Below are positions 59,617 through 64,000 of a stretch of DNA of 64,000 bases, piece by piece. The notes beneath the pieces were generated by a model. The model searched no databases, was not told where the DNA came from, and saw only the letters and a program-made list of their open reading frames with translations. Position 1 is the first letter of the stretch. Every line of letters begins with the position of its first letter. Made by a program: the position numbers and the translations under genes. Location of the stretch: NCBI GenBank assembly GCA_002412085.1, contig GG745546.1, positions 1,390 through 65,389 of the forward strand, in the 5' to 3' direction. Source of the stretch: Candidatus Parvarchaeum acidophilus ARMAN-5 (GTDB lineage Archaea > Nanobdellota > Nanobdellia > Parvarchaeales > Parvarchaeaceae).

Positions 59617-59736
59617 AAAATTTATGTTATTTTGAAGTTTAAAAATATGATTTTGCAGAGCTCATTGCTAATTTAAAGAAGCTATATATTCTAAAAAGAT
59701 TAAAAGTTTTATATAGATAGATAACGATTTAACAAT

Positions 59737-60213
59737 ATGGCACTTTTTAAAAAGAAGAAAGAAACACCGGTTAATCCGTATTATAATCCGGCTAACTTAA
59801 AAGCTGCAACTCCTCAGCCGGAGACAACAAAACCAGTTGCAGATTCTCAGACAAATACAGTTGCCAAGCCTGTAAAAACCCAAGGAATACCTCTTATAGA
59901 AGTACCTAAAATCAGAATCTCTGATATAAATCTTCAGCCTGCAAAAACCGCGGGAATAAGCGTACTTGATGCTCTCAGAATGGAATCAAGCGGCAAATCC
60001 ACCGCTTTCATAAGGATGAACGATTTCAAGAAAGTACTTGACGATATAAAGGAACTCGAAAAGAGAATAGCAAAGTCGCAGGCGGACTTGGAAGAATATT
60101 CAAATGCTCTTGAATTACAAAAAGAATACGTAAAGAATTACAATCTTCTGGTACAGGACATGCGAAAGATGATTGAGAGAATGTCGACATATCTTTCAAA
60201 CGTAGAGGAGTAA
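59737..60213 (+). CDS. Hypothetical protein with Pro-rich N-terminus and C-terminal coiled coil
   Basis: MALFKKKKE start, AFIRMNDFKKVLDDI heptads. Confidence 0.7.
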   Translation: MALFKKKKETPVNPYYNPANLKAATPQPETTKPVADSQTNTVAKPVKTQGIPLIEVPKIRISDINLQPAKTAGISVLDALRMESSGKSTAFIRMNDFKKVLDDIKELEKRIAKSQADLEEYSNALELQKEYVKNYNLLVQDMRKMIERMSTYLSNVEE

Positions 60214-60214
60214 G

Positions 60215-60550
60215 TTGGTAAAGGAAGAAATAGACATTGATACATTTAGAAAAGTCGATTTAAAGGTCGCAAAAATATTATCCGCTGAAGCGGTAGAAAA
60301 AAGCGAAAAACTAATAAAATTAAGGCTTTCTTTCGGTGACCATGAGAAGACTATACTAAGTGGTATAAGGAAAGACTACTCGCCGCAGGATCTTGTTGGC
60401 AAGAAGATAATAGTAATAGACAACCTTAAACCTGCAAAGCTAATGGGGATAGAATCTCAAGGAATGCTTTTGGCAGCACAGGATGAAGAAGGAAACATCT
60501 CACTTTTAACTGTAGATAAAGACGCAAAAGAAGGCAGCACTGTAAGCTGA
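60215..60550 (+). CDS. Stand-alone tRNA-binding protein (Trbp111/MetRS C-domain/CsaA OB fold)
   Basis: FRKVDLKVAKI, KLIKL, ILSGI, NLKPAKLMGIESQGMLLAA. Confidence 0.9.
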   Translation: MVKEEIDIDTFRKVDLKVAKILSAEAVEKSEKLIKLRLSFGDHEKTILSGIRKDYSPQDLVGKKIIVIDNLKPAKLMGIESQGMLLAAQDEEGNISLLTVDKDAKEGSTVS

Positions 60551-60559
60551 ATTTATATA

Positions 60560-62335
60560 CTACTTATCAAATCCTTTTTCTTTTATTATTTGCGATGGAT
60601 TTTCATTTACAATCAAAACGTCATCTGGCAGATATTTTCTGAATATTGGAGTATCATACCTTGAATCCATAAGTACGATTGCACACCGGTCACCGGTGAA
60701 ACGTATCCCTCTTCCTGCTGCCTGCATTACCTTTATCATGGTTGGAAGGACTTGTGCATACTCGAAACCGCTGCCGGTTTTCCTATCATAGTATATCTGC
60801 ATTGCCTTCAGCTTTATTGAAGGCGGTTCAAAAGGTATACCGACTATACCCACAAGTTTTACCATATTATTCTTTACCCCTATGCTTTCTGAGAAATTTC
60901 CGTTTATTACTGCAAAAAGCACAGCCGATGAATAAGACAGCTTATCCATTATCTCCGCTTTCCTATCTCTGCTCATATTTTTTTCTTCTAATGTTATCTT
61001 GTCTTTTAATGTACTTCTGCTGTACACCCTTTCCATGAAAAAATAAGACGGAAAGAAAAATATCATATTATGTTTTGCGCTGTTCATTATGGAATCTATC
61101 TCTTCTGCTATCTTTGAATACTGTTCATCCCTGGAACTGAACTTAGATGTAACCGCTTTATCTATAACAGTAAGTCTATTTCCCTGCTGTGAATCTCCTT
61201 CTACTTCCAAAGATTTTGAATCTTCTATGCCTAGAAGGCTGGAAAACATCTCTATCGGACGAAAAGTACCGCTCATTAACACCGAAGAATAAAAAGCGTC
61301 CATTACACCTGAAGAATAATTTGCCGGATCCAGAGAATTAACATTTATCTTTCTGTTGCCTTTATCGTCTATAGAAACGTATATTATATCCTCTTCTTTT
61401 ACCGACAGAAGCTTTTCCACGAAGTTTTTGAGTATGAAAGTCGAAGGGATATTATAGCCTTTTTCATGGAATTTTACTATCTCTTCCAGTTTTTGCATGT
61501 CTGTCTCTATAAATGAATCCCTTATGTCTATGGCAGACTCCTTAGTTATGGATCTAAGACTGCCGATTATTTTATCTATCTTCAAAGCTATGTCACTATA
61601 TCCTGCAATAGTTGCTTCGGAATAAGCCTTTTCCAGAATCCTTTGTGATATGGAGAAAGAGTTCATATCTAGTATTTTACTTGGTAGATTGTGCGCTTCA
61701 TCGACTACTAGTATGGTCTTTCCTGGATCTATCCCTGTCCTTATCGTAAAACCCAAAGCTATTCCTGGATCAAAAGCATGCGAATAGTTTGCCACTACAA
61801 GCGTAGACTGTTTTGCATTCAGCAGCGAAAGCTCATAAGGGCATAATTCAAAATTTCTTGCGGCTTCCATAACGCTTTTAGAATCGGATATGCCTGAAGA
61901 CAAAGCTTCTATAGCCTTTGGTTTTACGTCTTTATTCTTTGTAAATGTATTACTGTAAAAATCGCACATGTCCTGCTCTCTTACCGCTCTACAAAATTCA
62001 ATAAATAGAGAAGGTTCGACTTCGTTTTCGAAAAGACACATTGATCTTTTGCCTGTAACTCCTGCAAAGCTTACTTTATCGGATGAAACGGAATTGATCT
62101 TTCTCATGGTTTCGTATACTATGTTCTGATGAGTATGTTTTGCTGTAAGAAATAGAACCTTTAGATCCTTCTCCTTTGCCTTTTTTATAGCCGCATAAAG
62201 AACCGCAGCTGTTTTACCCATGCCTGTGGAAGCCTGCACTATCAGTTTTTCCCTGTTGTTTATAGCATTTTCGACTGCATCGGCTATCTCTTTCTGCCCG
62301 GCTCTCATCGACTTAAAAGGAAAAGATATCATCAT
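60560..62335 (-). CDS. xpd: XPD/Rad3 Fe-S DNA helicase
   Basis: STGMGKT, four Cys (C..C..C..CPY), DEAHN, MSGT, QAAGRGIR. Confidence 0.92.
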   Translation of the reverse strand: MMISFPFKSMRAGQKEIADAVENAINNREKLIVQASTGMGKTAAVLYAAIKKAKEKDLKVLFLTAKHTHQNIVYETMRKINSVSSDKVSFAGVTGKRSMCLFENEVEPSLFIEFCRAVREQDMCDFYSNTFTKNKDVKPKAIEALSSGISDSKSVMEAARNFELCPYELSLLNAKQSTLVVANYSHAFDPGIALGFTIRTGIDPGKTILVVDEAHNLPSKILDMNSFSISQRILEKAYSEATIAGYSDIALKIDKIIGSLRSITKESAIDIRDSFIETDMQKLEEIVKFHEKGYNIPSTFILKNFVEKLLSVKEEDIIYVSIDDKGNRKINVNSLDPANYSSGVMDAFYSSVLMSGTFRPIEMFSSLLGIEDSKSLEVEGDSQQGNRLTVIDKAVTSKFSSRDEQYSKIAEEIDSIMNSAKHNMIFFFPSYFFMERVYSRSTLKDKITLEEKNMSRDRKAEIMDKLSYSSAVLFAVINGNFSESIGVKNNMVKLVGIVGIPFEPPSIKLKAMQIYYDRKTGSGFEYAQVLPTMIKVMQAAGRGIRFTGDRCAIVLMDSRYDTPIFRKYLPDDVLIVNENPSQIIKEKGFDK

Positions 62336-62411
62336 TACTTTTAGGAATTGTATAATTAATTCTTTAGCTGATATAAAACAACTATTAAATAGAATCTTTT
62401 TAATATGCTTA

Positions 62412-63275
62412 TCATTTTGGAAGGCTGCTGTTTGTTATCTCTCCGTTGAAATTACTGATTCTTTTAATTGACATATTGTAGTTTATGAAAGATTTTGAAT
62501 TTAGAGATATATTACCATATTCCGAATTTACATTAATAGAAGCAGCAAGACTGTTTAGGATAGGTATGTTATATTGAGTAGACTGACAACTTGTGACAGT
62601 ACCGCTAAGACTTTCATTGGCATTTGTCCCTATCAAACTTGAATTACTACCATTTATTAAAATTGAAAATGATTCCTCGGTGAACAAACATGGATATCCT
62701 TCGTAAATAGTGCTGTAATTCCTCAATACCGATAACCGATTGATTTTTAAGCCGCTTGAAAGTAGATTTACAATGCTTTTCATACTTTCATTTAACGATG
62801 TACATGACGCCGCTCCGTCGTTTATTGCCGAGATTAAGCAGGTATAAGTGTCATTTCCTATTGAAAACATATATGATGAAGAATTTAAAGAATAACTCGT
62901 ACCATAAAGCGGTTTAGTTATAGTAAAGTTAGAATCCGCTTCGGAATTGCCGTTTTTCCCTCTTAATAATGATATTATACCTGCTGCAGTTTCCGAGCTG
63001 TTTTCTGCAGTGCCATTTGATAACACTGCATCTGTTGATAACGTGTAGTTTGCAGAGTATAATATAATTTTACCTAAGGGAATGCTAGTCTGATAAGGCT
63101 GCAGATTAAGTATATCATTATATATTATCTGTTGTAAAGATGAATTGGCAGAGCTGTACGTCGATTGACTTGAAGGAAAGATTATATTATTGTTTCTTCC
63201 AACTCCAAAAAGCAGTATTATCACAGAAACTACTATTACAGCTATTACTACACCAACAATAAAATATTTTTCCAT
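62412..63275 (-). CDS. Membrane-anchored secreted protein
   Basis: N-terminal TM, S/N-rich ectodomain with Cys pairs; ATG overlaps the ATPase stop (TAATG). Confidence 0.7.
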   Translation of the reverse strand: MEKYFIVGVVIAVIVVSVIILLFGVGRNNNIIFPSSQSTYSSANSSLQQIIYNDILNLQPYQTSIPLGKIILYSANYTLSTDAVLSNGTAENSSETAAGIISLLRGKNGNSEADSNFTITKPLYGTSYSLNSSSYMFSIGNDTYTCLISAINDGAASCTSLNESMKSIVNLLSSGLKINRLSVLRNYSTIYEGYPCLFTEESFSILINGSNSSLIGTNANESLSGTVTSCQSTQYNIPILNSLAASINVNSEYGNISLNSKSFINYNMSIKRISNFNGEITNSSLPK

Positions 63276-64000
63276 TACTTTTTAGCCGAAGGCTTCTTCT
63301 GTATGGACCTTGGAGTTTCACCACCGTGCCATGTAAGTCTAGGTTTTATCTGCACAGGGTATATCCTCTCTGAATTATCATCTAGTATTATGCATGCTCC
63401 TGGTAATTTTGGCAGATCCATGAGATATTTTCTGATATCCGATGACATATAGATCTGCATCACTGTGTTTAAAGCGTCTATATCTAGCTTTGCGGTAACA
63501 TGCTGTGATATTATTATGTCTGACTGGGTTATTATGTCCGTATCAAGTTTTCCAGGCTGCTGAGTCGCAATTACAAGACCTATACCCGGTTGCCTTCCTT
63601 CTTTTATCACTCTTGATAAAGATGCTGTCGCTGCCGTTCTTCCATTTACAGGTAAAAATTCATGCACCTCATCTATGAACATCCAAACTATAGGTATTGT
63701 CTTTTGCTTTTCTTCTTCGATTATTTCCGTGGAGTTTATGTCTTGCAGCTCCTCTAATCTTCTTTGTTTTGTCCTTATCTCTAATATCTTTTGAGATAGT
63801 ATGCCTATTACGAGAGCTCTTAAGCTGAACTCCCCCAGTGAATGCGCGTACAAACTGATATCGAGTATGTTTATCTGTCCAGGCACAAGTAAATCTTCTA
63901 TTTTAGTGCCTTCTTTTTCAAACAAACCCCACTGCATTGCGGTTTCAAATCTTTCCTTCACTGCCTCTTTAATAGTATCTGAAACCGCTAACTGCGACTG
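63275..64000 (-). CDS. HerA/FtsK/VirB4-like (DUF87) ATPase, C-terminal part
   Basis: WMFIDEVH Walker B, EGRQPG arginine finger, ATQQP; frame open to the window end. Confidence 0.88.
   Translation of the reverse strand, partial: QSQLAVSDTIKEAVKERFETAMQWGLFEKEGTKIEDLLVPGQINILDISLYAHSLGEFSLRALVIGILSQKILEIRTKQRRLEELQDINSTEIIEEEKQKTIPIVWMFIDEVHEFLPVNGRTAATASLSRVIKEGRQPGIGLVIATQQPGKLDTDIITQSDIIISQHVTAKLDIDALNTVMQIYMSSDIRKYLMDLPKLPGACIILDDNSERIYPVQIKPRLTWHGGETPRSIQKKPSAKK

Noticed and set aside
59384-59635. 83-aa plus-strand ORF
   Set aside because: Begins inside the antisense of tRNA-Gly with a non-ATG start
25756-59640. Integrated elements at the three tRNA genes
   Set aside because: No integrase seen and no duplicated tRNA 3' ends noticed by eye; an exhaustive repeat search was not possible

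Overview
Gene-dense, AT-rich archaeal chromosome segment. The archaeal information-processing genes (PolB, FEN1, Rpo7/Spt4, eS24/eS31/uS15/eS1, Kae1/Bud32, proteasome beta, aCPSF1, EF-2, Dph5/Dph6, TruD, XPD), the compact and often overlapping genes, and acidophile-type surface repeats suggest a DPANN nano-archaeon, plausibly Parvarchaeota/ARMAN-like. That taxonomy is inferred, not tested. Three intron-less tRNAs are present (Ala-GGC, Leu-CAG, Gly-CCC). I see no CRISPR array, rRNA or transposase. At least eight breaks in seven conserved genes are single-base +1 shifts, most simply read as sequencing or assembly errors. The most interesting signals are: (i) a 9-kb surface-appendage locus with an A24 prepilin peptidase, a repeat adhesin and an array of paralogous class III signal-peptide proteins, one of which has two eukaryote-style C2H2 zinc fingers in place of the leader; (ii) an unannotated 15-aa Lys-rich micro-gene with its own promoter and terminator; (iii) two regulators whose sensor domains look borrowed from cell-envelope proteins (HTH plus S-layer-like domain beside glmS; RHH plus degenerate nucleotidyltransferase beside a duplicated 14-bp promoter element); (iv) a P-loop-less DRG/TGS protein between kae1 and bud32; (v) a tRNA-Gly with an A18/G55 elbow.
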